Assembly: GCA_047602265.1 (NCBI GenBank)
Contig: JASGHU010000001.1
Coordinates: forward strand, 2,691,546-2,755,545
DNA from: Spongiibacteraceae bacterium
Lineage (GTDB): Bacteria > Pseudomonadota > Gammaproteobacteria > Pseudomonadales > CAMLJR01
DNA: 64,000 bases
Direction: 5' to 3'
The translations under genes were made by a program, and so were the position numbers. The notes under the pieces were generated by a model. It searched no databases. It was not told the origin of the DNA and saw nothing but the letters and a program-made list of their open reading frames with translations. Shown here piece after piece: positions 8,532 through 20,089 of the stretch (its first letter is position 1; every line of letters begins with the position of its first letter).

Positions 8532-8852
8532 ATGAAAACTGCATTGTTATTTTTATTATTAAGCGCCGCAACTGCCGCAAACGCCACGCAAACATTGATG
8601 GCCCAGGTCAACGGTATGGTGTGTGCCTTTTGCGCACAAGGTATCGAGAAAAAAGCGCGTACATTGCCGCAAACACAGGACGTTTATGTGAATCTTAAAA
8701 AGAAAATCGTCGCCGTGCAAATAAAGGATGGCGAGACATTGGAGGCAAAAATACTGAAGGATTTAGTGAAAGACGCAGGCTACGACGTGACCGAAATCAC
8801 CATTGTTGAAGAAACCACTGCTGCTATGCGCGCTCGCTTGGAGCACGAGTGA
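8532..8852 (+). CDS. Periplasmic heavy-metal-associated (HMA) domain protein, MerP-like
   Basis: Signal peptide plus GMVCAFC (the GMxCxxC metal-binding loop) in a ~70-aa ferredoxin-like domain. Confidence 0.8.
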   Translation: MKTALLFLLLSAATAANATQTLMAQVNGMVCAFCAQGIEKKARTLPQTQDVYVNLKKKIVAVQIKDGETLEAKILKDLVKDAGYDVTEITIVEETTAAMRARLEHE

Positions 8853-9232
8853 TGAACGATCTAAAGCCAACGCGAACGGTATCGCTTCTAACGCTGTTCG
8901 CAAGTAGCGGTACATTGATTTGCTGCGCATTACCGGCGTTATTGGTCGCGATAGGAGCAGGTGCGGCACTGTCGTCTTTGATTGCGACAATACCGCAACT
9001 CGTATGGTTTTCGGAGCACAAAATCGCAGTTTTTACAGCAGCGGGAATTATGTTGTTCGCGTCGGGCTTGTTGCAGTGGCGTGGGCGCTATTTGCCATGT
9101 CCTACCGATCCCGCCTTAGCGCAACTTTGTTATCGCACCCGTGTGCAATCGCTATGGATTTATTGCATATCGGTCACGATATTTTTAATAGGAGGATTTT
9201 TTGCTTTCATAGCGCCGAGATTACTTCAGTAA
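8849..9232 (+). CDS. MerT-like inner-membrane metal transport protein
   Basis: Three predicted TM segments. A vicinal CC sits in TM1 (GTLICCALPALLV) and a second Cys pair in a loop (LPCPTDPALAQLC), mirroring the MerT Cys24/25 and Cys76/82 layout. ATGA overlap with the MerP-like gene. Confidence 0.6.
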   Translation: MMNDLKPTRTVSLLTLFASSGTLICCALPALLVAIGAGAALSSLIATIPQLVWFSEHKIAVFTAAGIMLFASGLLQWRGRYLPCPTDPALAQLCYRTRVQSLWIYCISVTIFLIGGFFAFIAPRLLQ

Positions 9233-9275
9233 ACAATGGCGCCTTCGGGCGCCTTTTGCATTCTAATGACGTAGT

Positions 9276-9674
9276 TTATATCGCGCTCGAATTCAGCGAC
9301 TGCAAAATACCACACTGCTCGGCTTGTCGATGGGCGCTGCAGCTTTCTTGTAGTTTTAATAATTGCAGCTCCAACTGTTGCAACTGAACAATGCGCTGTC
9401 GAACCTGATCGATATGCGATGCAACGAGGTGGTTGACTTCATTGCACGTGCGATGAGGATTCTGTCGGTAGTCCAGCAAGCACCGAATTTCCGGCAGCGT
9501 TAAATCGAGTGATCGGCAATGCCGAATAAATTGCAATGTCTCACGATGCGCTGCGCCATATTGACGATAACCTTTCGGTGTTCGAGGTGGTGCCGTAAGC
9601 AGGCCTTCTTTCTCATAAAACCGAATAGTCGTAGCGTCTACACTCGCTGCCTTCGCCAACTCGCCGATTTGCAT
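9276..9674 (-). CDS. MerR-family metal-responsive transcriptional regulator (MerR/PbrR/CadR-like)
   Basis: N-terminal HTH MQIGELAKAASVDATTIRFYEKEGLL. Cys77/Cys112/Cys121 spacing (35, 9) equals that of MerR C82/C117/C126. Confidence 0.85.
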   Translation of the reverse strand: MQIGELAKAASVDATTIRFYEKEGLLTAPPRTPKGYRQYGAAHRETLQFIRHCRSLDLTLPEIRCLLDYRQNPHRTCNEVNHLVASHIDQVRQRIVQLQQLELQLLKLQESCSAHRQAEQCGILQSLNSSAI

Positions 9675-9693
9675 ACTCTGACCCTCCCATTGC

Positions 9694-9724
9694 TTGACCT
9701 TAGAGTAGCTAGAGGGTTTTTAAT
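9694..9724 (+). promoter_or_regulatory. MerR-type promoter: -35 TTGACC (9694-9699), 19-nt spacer with an imperfect dyad, -10 TTTAAT (9719-9724)
   Basis: CTTGACCTTAGAGTAGCTAGAGGGTTTTTAAT closely resembles, from memory, PbrR/CadR/ZntR operators (cttgactctatagtaactagagggtgttaaat). The overlong spacer is the MerR-family hallmark. Confidence 0.55.
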
Positions 9725-9729
9725 AGGCA

Positions 9730-10563
9730 ATGACTGTCATCGCCGCCGGACTCCCGATGCATAAGAGCTTGTTCGCCGTTCCCAAGATGGATTGCCCCTC
9801 CGAGGAGCGCATGATCCGTCTTGCCTTGGAGGGCACGCCGAATGTGATCAACCTGACATTTAATCTCGGCACGCGCCAAATGGAGGTTTTTCATAGCGGA
9901 GACCTCGGCGATATTGAGCCGAAGCTTATGGCTCTGGGGTTGGGCGCGCATCTCATTGAAACCCGAAGTGTGGAAAACCATCCAGTTTCCGAGGTGCCCG
10001 ATCCCGCATCATCTAAAACAGAAGCCCGCACGTTAAAAACATTGATGGCGATTAACGGGGCGATGTTCGTCGCTGAACTAGGCGTCGGTATAGGGGCACA
10101 ATCGACCGGTTTAATTGCCGACTCACTGGATATGTTTGCCGATGCGGCAGTTTATGGTCTTGCATTGTATGCCGTGGGTAAGAGCGTCGAGCACAAAGTC
10201 CGTGCAGCCCATCTGTCGGGCTGGTTTCAATTGCTGTTGGCACTGGGCGTTCTTATTGAAGTGGGACGCCGCTTTGTTTTCGGTAGTGAACCTGTCTCGG
10301 CACTGATGATGGGAATGGGCTGTTTAGCCCTCGTGGCGAACGTTGCTTGCCTGTATTTAATATCGGGGCAACGCGAGGGTGGCGCCCATATGAAAGCCAG
10401 CTGGATTTTCTCGACCAACGATGTCTTGGCGAATATCGGGGTGATAGCCGCTGGTGTATTGGTGGCTTGGACGGGTTCCCCGTATCCCGATCTTATTATC
10501 GGCACCGTTGTCGGTTGCATTGTATTGAATGGGGCGCGGCGAATTTTGGCGCTGAAACATTAA
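9730..10563 (+). CDS. Cation diffusion facilitator (CDF, CzcD-like) metal exporter with an N-terminal MDCPSEE metal-binding-like extension (start at 9730 or 9757)
   Basis: Six TM helices with the CDF signature region (ADSLDMFADAAVYGLAL... HLSGWF). Divergently placed from the MerR-family gene. Confidence 0.8.
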   Translation: MTVIAAGLPMHKSLFAVPKMDCPSEERMIRLALEGTPNVINLTFNLGTRQMEVFHSGDLGDIEPKLMALGLGAHLIETRSVENHPVSEVPDPASSKTEARTLKTLMAINGAMFVAELGVGIGAQSTGLIADSLDMFADAAVYGLALYAVGKSVEHKVRAAHLSGWFQLLLALGVLIEVGRRFVFGSEPVSALMMGMGCLALVANVACLYLISGQREGGAHMKASWIFSTNDVLANIGVIAAGVLVAWTGSPYPDLIIGTVVGCIVLNGARRILALKH

Positions 10564-10581
10564 TTCGCGAAGGCTGCTGGA

Positions 10582-10866
10582 ATGGAATTGGACATCGCCG
10601 CGCAAATCGAAACCTGGCTGGCAGAGCTCGACGCTGCATTAGCGCAAAGCTCCACGCGTGAGCGCCGCGATGCAGCCCAAGCAGTTTATGAAAAACTCCT
10701 CGCTTTGCGTGAGGAGATCGAGCCGCACGCAAGCACATCCTTGCGATCTCATATGGATAACGCGCTTGCTAAATCGCGACAGTTGCACGACGCGTTTCAT
10801 GCGGAGCTGCAACACGAATTGGAATGGGCCGCGTGCAACACTGGTGATCATGAACAAAATGCGTAA
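10582..10866 (+). CDS. Hypothetical small helical protein
   Basis: ORF only, with a coding-like composition. No recognisable motif. Confidence 0.35.
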   Translation: MELDIAAQIETWLAELDAALAQSSTRERRDAAQAVYEKLLALREEIEPHASTSLRSHMDNALAKSRQLHDAFHAELQHELEWAACNTGDHEQNA

Positions 10867-11218
10867 CTCTCGCTGGATTATCGGACTTCTGTGCCTACTG
10901 CTCATCGTAGTTCGCATCGGCGGAGCGCATTGGCATTTATGCCTGGACGGCAGCGAGCCGCCGCAAGCCATGGAAATGGGAAATGCGGATTGGCATGCCG
11001 ATGATGCTGATCATCACGATGTCGACCTCAAACTGATCGGCGAGGCATTGGCCAAAAACATTGGCGACGGTTTTGATGTCGATTTCCTTGCTGCTTTCGT
11101 ATTGCTGTGGTCATTTCAACTTTCTCAGCGACCGCTGCTTCTAACGCCGTATCGCGAAACGCTGTTTATTCCTCAAGTTTTACCCTTTCACGCGCCACCG
11201 CGCGCACCACCTCGCTAA
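10850..11218 (+). CDS. Membrane-anchored His/Asp-rich small protein, CzcI/DUF2946-like, directly upstream of czcCBA
   Basis: The internal ATG at 10850 gives MNKMRNSRWIIGLLCLLLIVV (signal/anchor), then HWHLC and HADDADHHD, with a C-terminal PPRAPPR. The long upstream extension of the track ORF is not protein-like. Confidence 0.4.
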   Translation: MNKMRNSRWIIGLLCLLLIVVRIGGAHWHLCLDGSEPPQAMEMGNADWHADDADHHDVDLKLIGEALAKNIGDGFDVDFLAAFVLLWSFQLSQRPLLLTPYRETLFIPQVLPFHAPPRAPPR

Positions 11219-11292
11219 TTCCACACCGTTACACCTTAATCGCTTGCGTACTCGCGCGGCTTTTTCGTGGATTTATTGGCTGGAAAAAAATT

Positions 11293-12570
11293 ATGGTTTC
11301 GTTTTTCGCACGTGGCGCGATCGTGTGTCTTTGTATTTTGGTCCCCGCCGCTAATGGCACGTATGCTGCCGAATTTATGGAACCGCGTGGCGAGTTGACA
11401 CTCAGCGCAGCCATCAATGCGGCACTTCAACGTAATCCCGCATTACAAAACGCGGCATTTGAAATTCGTGTTGCGGATGCACGCATCAAACAAGCGGGCC
11501 TACGACCCAATCCCGAATTGGGCATCACGCTGGAAAACTTTGGCGGTAATGGCAGCGTGAGCGGTACTGACGCGCTTGAATCGACTTTGAGTTTGAGCCA
11601 AGTGATCGAACTCGGCGGTAAACGCAATCGTCGGCTCGACGTTGCCCACTTTGGTCGCGATACCGTCTCGATTGAGCGTGAATCGGCACAGCTCGATGTA
11701 CTTGCCGAAGTGGCACGGCGTTTCATTGATGTGGCCGAGCAGCAAGAACAATTGCTGTTGGCGCGGCGTAACACTGAACTCGCTGATAAAACCGTGCGCG
11801 CGATTAACACGCGAGTCGAAGCGGCACGCTCTCCACTCGCGGAAAAAAGTCGTGCATCGATTGCGTTTAACCGCGCACGTCTCGACGAAAAAACCGCGCT
11901 GCAAAATTTATTGAGCTCGCGGCGTCGGCTTGCAGCACTCTGGGGTAGTACCGATCCGCGTTTTGGTGATGCCAAAACCGAATGGTTTGAATTACCGCCT
12001 GTGGCGGAATTCGATACGCTCGTTTCGCAGATGAAATCCAATCCCGATTTTCTGCGCTTTGCGAGTGAAGCGCGCATGCGCGATGCCGAATGGCAACTCG
12101 CGAAAGCGGAAGCAAAATCGAATGTCACGGTCGGTGCCGGTATTCGCCGTTTCGAAGAAACCGGCGATAAGGCATTCGTGGTGAATTTTTCGATGCCGCT
12201 TGCCTTTGGCAGCCGCAATCAAGGCGCGATTCGCGAAGCATCGATTCGACGCGAACAATTACAAAACGATGAGCAGGCTGCATTGATTAATGCACAGGCT
12301 AATCTGTTCGCGTTTTATCAATCACTCGAACTCGCTCGCAACGAAGTTGATCAACTTCGCAATCAAATCATCCCACAAGCCGAAACCGCCTTGAAGCAAA
12401 CACAGGACGGTTACGAGCGCGGACGTTTTTCGTATTTGGAATTGGCTGATGCGCAGCGTGAATTACTCGAATTACAACGCGCTGCGATCGCTGCTGCTGC
12501 CTCTTATCACCGCACGCTCGCCGAAATCGAGCGCTTGACCAACTCGCCGTTGATTGCGACCAAGGATTAA
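11293..12570 (+). CDS. czcC: Outer-membrane efflux protein of a heavy-metal RND system (CzcC/TolC family)
   Basis: A signal peptide begins at the ATG at 11293. Two repeated OEP-type helical halves (LTLSAAINAALQRNPALQ..., ...YERGRFSYLELADAQRELLE). Confidence 0.85.
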   Translation: MVSFFARGAIVCLCILVPAANGTYAAEFMEPRGELTLSAAINAALQRNPALQNAAFEIRVADARIKQAGLRPNPELGITLENFGGNGSVSGTDALESTLSLSQVIELGGKRNRRLDVAHFGRDTVSIERESAQLDVLAEVARRFIDVAEQQEQLLLARRNTELADKTVRAINTRVEAARSPLAEKSRASIAFNRARLDEKTALQNLLSSRRRLAALWGSTDPRFGDAKTEWFELPPVAEFDTLVSQMKSNPDFLRFASEARMRDAEWQLAKAEAKSNVTVGAGIRRFEETGDKAFVVNFSMPLAFGSRNQGAIREASIRREQLQNDEQAALINAQANLFAFYQSLELARNEVDQLRNQIIPQAETALKQTQDGYERGRFSYLELADAQRELLELQRAAIAAAASYHRTLAEIERLTNSPLIATKD

Positions 12571-12574
12571 CAAC

Positions 12575-13627
12575 ATGAAGAACTTGAATGTCCCATCACA
12601 TCCTATTGCGTTAGCACTACTCCTTGCATTTTCACTGCTAGGAGGCTGCGGCGATAAATCAAAAAGCGCGCAGCCCGCCGAAAGCTCTGAGAAAGAAGCC
12701 GGTCATCACGATGGCGATCATGCGGAAGCTGAAGGCGGCAAAGATAAACATGCTGCCGGTAAACACGACGAATCAGAACATAACCAGGGTGAGCATGAAG
12801 GTGGTGCTAAAGAAGAAAAAGTTTCACTGACGGAGGAGCAAATCAAAACAGCGGATATCGAATTTGCACAATCCGGTCCCGTCGCGATTCGCGAAACATT
12901 GCCGCTGTATGGCGTTATTGCTCCGAATGCGGAGCGCATGCGCGATGTTGCTGCGCGTTATGCCGGTGCTATCCGTCGTGTCGACAAAAAAATTGGCGAT
13001 GCGGTTAAACAAGGTGAAACACTCGCGATCGTTGAAAGTAACGAAAGCTTGCAGGCTTATTCGGTTACAGCGCCTTTAACTGGAATCATCACTGTGCGCA
13101 ATGCCAATGTCGGTGAGCAAACAACGGAAAAACCATTATTCACCGTTACTGACTTGTCCACGGTTTGGGTGGAGCTTTCATTATTTCCGCGCGATGTTGC
13201 CAAAGTTCGTGTCGGTCAAACAGCTCGCGTTAAAAGTACCGAGGCAGGATTATCAGCCGATGGCGTCATCGCTTATGTCGCGCCATTTGGTAGTAGCACT
13301 AATCAAACCGTAATGGCGCGTGTTGTTCTTGCAAATCCAGAGCATCGCTGGGCGCCTGGTCTTTATGTGACGGCTGACGTTGCGCTCTCGCAACAATCCG
13401 TAGCGATTGCTGTGCGTAACGACGCTATTCAAACGCTCGAAGGAAAGACCAGCGTTTTTGTCGAACATGACGATGGATTTGAGCCTCGTGCGGTGCGCTT
13501 GGGAAAAAGCGATGGCGAATACAGTGAGGTGTTGGAAGGCTTGGAAGCAGGCCAGCGTTATGCTACTCGCAACAGTTTTGTTTTGAAAGCCGAACTCAAA
13601 AAGGGGGAGGCTTCTCATGACGACTAA
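12575..13627 (+). CDS. czcB: RND membrane fusion protein (CzcB/CusB family) with a His-rich periplasmic N-terminal stretch
   Basis: Lipoprotein-like LLGGCG, the His-rich segment EAGHHDGDHAEAEGGKDKHAAGKHDESEHNQGEHEGG, then an HlyD/MFP barrel-sandwich core. Confidence 0.85.
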   Translation: MKNLNVPSHPIALALLLAFSLLGGCGDKSKSAQPAESSEKEAGHHDGDHAEAEGGKDKHAAGKHDESEHNQGEHEGGAKEEKVSLTEEQIKTADIEFAQSGPVAIRETLPLYGVIAPNAERMRDVAARYAGAIRRVDKKIGDAVKQGETLAIVESNESLQAYSVTAPLTGIITVRNANVGEQTTEKPLFTVTDLSTVWVELSLFPRDVAKVRVGQTARVKSTEAGLSADGVIAYVAPFGSSTNQTVMARVVLANPEHRWAPGLYVTADVALSQQSVAIAVRNDAIQTLEGKTSVFVEHDDGFEPRAVRLGKSDGEYSEVLEGLEAGQRYATRNSFVLKAELKKGEASHDD

Positions 13628-13635
13628 ATTAATAG

Positions 13636-16842
<3,207 letters not shown>

Positions 16843-17241
16843 TGTGACAGCGTAAGCAAAAATTTGCGGTAGATTTAATTAAATAGAAGCTCTGCTGCAA
16901 ACAACCGGTGCGCAAAACATATTGAGGTATTAACTCACCGGCTTTGGTTATGTGCAGCGATATTTGTGGTGCGATTGTAGCTTCGAAGAGATATTTATCA
17001 TGGTATTGCAGTCGGCAACAATTTTAACTATCGGCATTTCAAAATATCGAATGGCCGGTTTGGCCTAATATTGCCGATTTAGTTAACCGGCCGTCGCTGG
17101 TTCGACATATACGACTGTCGGAATAAGCGGTCGCGAATTATCAAATACCGTGAATAGATGTAACGCTGAGCTTTCAAAATTAATGACCCACATGGGCTGC
17201 TTAAAAACCGAAGCGCCGCGAGACATGCCTATTTCGCATCA

Positions 17242-17748
17242 TTAAAAATAAACCCCATGCTGTATTCGCTGCAGCGTTGTCGAAACAAATTCAACACCGG
17301 GCGCCAGCGCCAGTAACTCGATAGGTTTTCGGTAGCGCATCGATCGCGCCTCTGAGCACAACCAAATTTTTGCATTTTCGGGCGTTCCCATAACGCGTTG
17401 CGTGCGCATAAAAACCACGGCCAGTTGCCAAATTGCCGCACTTTGCGCCGACGATAACCGACCTCTGCGATTCGCAGTCAGGCAGCGCCGTTTAAGTGTT
17501 TGTTCCGTGATGGCAAGTGCCGTACTCAGTTCTTGAAATGTAAATCCTGTATGTTTCATCAACGCTCGAATCACCGTATTAGGCAATCCGCGTTTCAATA
17601 GATCGTATAACTCCAGATCCGACGCCAATTTCGGAAGCTGGGACGATATACCTAACAAACTGAGTACAGTGAATAACGATTCCGCGCGCGGATGCTGACA
17701 TTGCGCAATGAGTGCAGCCGCTATTGGAGAATTCAGTGTTGCTGTCAT
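17242..17748 (-). CDS. Xre-like HTH / DUF2384 (MbcA/ParS-type) antitoxin-like protein
   Basis: C-terminal GTPENAKIWL...RKPIELLALAPGVEFVSTTLQRIQHGVYF is the typical toxin-binding DUF2384 signature. The start shares a TGATG overlap with the helicase stop. Confidence 0.75.
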   Translation of the reverse strand: MTATLNSPIAAALIAQCQHPRAESLFTVLSLLGISSQLPKLASDLELYDLLKRGLPNTVIRALMKHTGFTFQELSTALAITEQTLKRRCLTANRRGRLSSAQSAAIWQLAVVFMRTQRVMGTPENAKIWLCSEARSMRYRKPIELLALAPGVEFVSTTLQRIQHGVYF

Positions 17749-19163
17749 TATGTAAGCGTCGGCCTGAAACGCAGCGACAAAATTTCCTGTTTGAATTTGC
17801 CAAACAAATTGATCGTTGAGTCGTACGATTGCGCGAGCGCGGAATACGATGAAGATTCTCGGGGCGGCGTTATTTGATCAGTCGACGGATAAACATCTGC
17901 GTCGATTGTCACGCTCAATGACGTATCTAATGTGGGGGTTGCCGTAGAGGACAGAGGTGTTGTCTCGTTCGGGCGCGGCCGTTTCGGCATGCGTTCGAAT
18001 CGAATAGTATCCATGGCCGGTATGTCGCTGGCGATGCGTTCGGCATATTGCGTCAGTGTCGGCTCCGCGGGCATATACAAATACGCGGTTTCATCGACGT
18101 CGCCGCTGGATCGCAAAATACGTCCCAGGACCTGTCGAAAATACAATTCAGTTTTGACACGCGTTAAATGGCAGCACACGCGCAAACGAGGAATATTTGT
18201 TCCCTCACTGATCATGCCGACAGAAATAATCCATTTTTGCGTACCTGTCTTGAACTCTCTGATGATATGTGTCGCATCATCCTCATAATACGTAGCAATC
18301 AACGCGTTCTCGTTGAGTGTCTTCTTTAACAAACGCGCAATTTGATGCGCATGCGCAACGGAGGCAGCGACAATGAGTCCGCCGGCGTTTGGAATCGTTT
18401 TTCGAAGTTCGTCTAATTTTTTATTGGCCTGACGAACGATATAGCCGATGAGAGCATCGTGTTCGAGTAATTGTTGATACGCGCAGCAGGATTCTTCTAA
18501 CACGGTTTTGATACTGTTAAATTGCCGTGAGCTGAAGCCTTCGTTAACGGTGATATGGTCATTATCGATGACGATGAATTTGGGAATACGGCAGACGCGG
18601 TCTTGAATGGATTGATAAAGCCCGTACTGGTAATCGCAGTGGATTTGCTGCGACTGCGAACAATAACGCGACAACACAATCGGAATACGATCGGAGCGCC
18701 ACGGTGTTCCTGTGAGGGCAAGCGTGCAGGCAGCGCGTCCCTGAATTTCACAAAGAATCTTTTCGCCCCACGCATTGGCAGTCTCTTGCGTGTGACCGGC
18801 GCAGTGATGAATTTCATCGAAAATCACGAACACGCGGTGACGTGAAAACAAGGTCCAAAAACTATCGGCCACACTGAGCATGGCCTGATACGTCATTGTG
18901 CAACCGCGTGAGCCGAGCAAACCATCCATGCGATGATCGGTTTGAATTTCTAATTCGGCGCGAAAATCATCGGCCACGATCACCGACGGCGCGAAACACA
19001 TGACCAGATCGATCATTCCCTCATCGAATAATTGTTTGGCGAGCAACGCCGCCATGCGCGTTTTACCGGCGCCCGGTGTCGCCAGGCAGAGAAAATCGGA
19101 TTGCCCACCTTCATATTGTTGATGCGCCTGTGCGATGCACTCGGCTTGCCAGCGACGAAGCAT
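17748..19163 (-). CDS. Superfamily-2 DEXH helicase (ResIII-like)
   Basis: Motif I ATPGAGKT, motif II DEIHH, motif III LTGTPWR and a C-terminal helicase lobe. The ~70 C-terminal residues are low-complexity. Confidence 0.75.
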   Translation of the reverse strand: MLRRWQAECIAQAHQQYEGGQSDFLCLATPGAGKTRMAALLAKQLFDEGMIDLVMCFAPSVIVADDFRAELEIQTDHRMDGLLGSRGCTMTYQAMLSVADSFWTLFSRHRVFVIFDEIHHCAGHTQETANAWGEKILCEIQGRAACTLALTGTPWRSDRIPIVLSRYCSQSQQIHCDYQYGLYQSIQDRVCRIPKFIVIDNDHITVNEGFSSRQFNSIKTVLEESCCAYQQLLEHDALIGYIVRQANKKLDELRKTIPNAGGLIVAASVAHAHQIARLLKKTLNENALIATYYEDDATHIIREFKTGTQKWIISVGMISEGTNIPRLRVCCHLTRVKTELYFRQVLGRILRSSGDVDETAYLYMPAEPTLTQYAERIASDIPAMDTIRFERMPKRPRPNETTPLSSTATPTLDTSLSVTIDADVYPSTDQITPPRESSSYSALAQSYDSTINLFGKFKQEILSLRFRPTLT

Positions 19164-19699
19164 CAGATGTGCTGCGCAGCCAGGTGATTCGAAAGAATCG
19201 ACTCCAATGCTTTGACGCGCCCCAACGTTTTGGAGCAGCGTTCGCGCGCGTCGTTATAGAGCGCTTGCACGGCGTTTTTTAGATGCGGAAGCTGCGTGCA
19301 AATGGCATCGTATTCTTCCGTTTCCCCGATCACGCTCAGCATTTCCTCTTTGTAGCTGTGCAATTTTTCTCTCAAACAACGCAGCGTTGCATCCTCATGC
19401 AAATCCTCATGGCTAGCCCTCGACTGTGGGGAGATCGCCACCGTATCCGTTGGCTCGCTAAGGCGGTAGCGCGCTTTTTCGCCGGGCCGCTCGGCTAAAC
19501 GCCGCAGCAATCCCTGGGTTTCCATGCGCTGGACGTGGCGATACACAAATTGCCAGGCGGCCTTGTCAGTGCGGTGGGGACATCCGGGCAGCGCCATGTA
19601 GGTGCTCTTGAGCTCAGAAACCGTGAAGTCATTCCATCGACCAGCCCCGAGTAAATTCAAAAGTTCTTGGCTGATTTTGCGCTTCTTCATAGTTTTCAA
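19163..19699 (-). CDS. Hypothetical protein, possible winged-helix N-terminus plus coiled-coil C-terminus. First gene of the helicase operon.
   Basis: ORF with a TGATG overlap onto the helicase start. The fold assignment is only a guess from ...WQFVYRHVQRMETQGLLRR... Confidence 0.4.
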   Translation of the reverse strand: MKTMKKRKISQELLNLLGAGRWNDFTVSELKSTYMALPGCPHRTDKAAWQFVYRHVQRMETQGLLRRLAERPGEKARYRLSEPTDTVAISPQSRASHEDLHEDATLRCLREKLHSYKEEMLSVIGETEEYDAICTQLPHLKNAVQALYNDARERCSKTLGRVKALESILSNHLAAQHI

Positions 19700-19803
19700 G
19701 GATTACTTATGCGTTTAGCTAATTTAAAATGGGTACTATATCCCGTGGAGCTATAGCCGGCAAATTGGAATAGTCACTGCTTTCGAGCAAGTGACCATTT
19801 CCC

Positions 19804-20013
19804 ATGGCCCGAAACCCTCTGGTTGAATTCGGCAAACGTGTCCGCGCGATACGTAAAGCGGCCGGCTTCTCCCAAGAAGCGTTGGCAGACTATGCCGATA
19901 TCGATCGCTCCTACCTCGGCGCGATTGAGCGTGGCGAGGTCAATCTCACCCTCATAAAAATCCATCAAATCGCCAAGGCGTTGCGTATCTCACCGAAAGA
20001 GTTTTTCTCCTAA
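19804..20013 (+). CDS. XRE-family helix-turn-helix transcriptional regulator (69 aa)
   Basis: FGKRVRAIRKAAGFSQEALADYADIDRSYLGAIERGEVNLTL is a canonical HTH_3/Cro-C1 motif. Confidence 0.8.
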   Translation: MARNPLVEFGKRVRAIRKAAGFSQEALADYADIDRSYLGAIERGEVNLTLIKIHQIAKALRISPKEFFS

Positions 20014-20089
20014 ATCAGCCCCGTCAGCGCACAGCGTTATTTTTGTGGTTATTTGATACAGTGCCTTTTTCAGGCCCCGGGATCGTCTC

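Noticed and set aside
8920-9387. A 155-aa ORF spanning the MerT-like gene and the 3' end of the MerR-family gene.
   Set aside because: It is out of frame with, and overlapping, two recognisable genes, with no motif. The MerT-like frame explains the region.
11427-12218. A 263-aa ORF antisense to czcC, with similar antisense ORFs at 11500-11904 and 11992-12258.
   Set aside because: It lies entirely within a well-supported czcC coding region on the opposite strand. The translation is Ser/Arg/Ala-rich and low-complexity, typical of shadow ORFs in GC-biased genes, and has no motifs.
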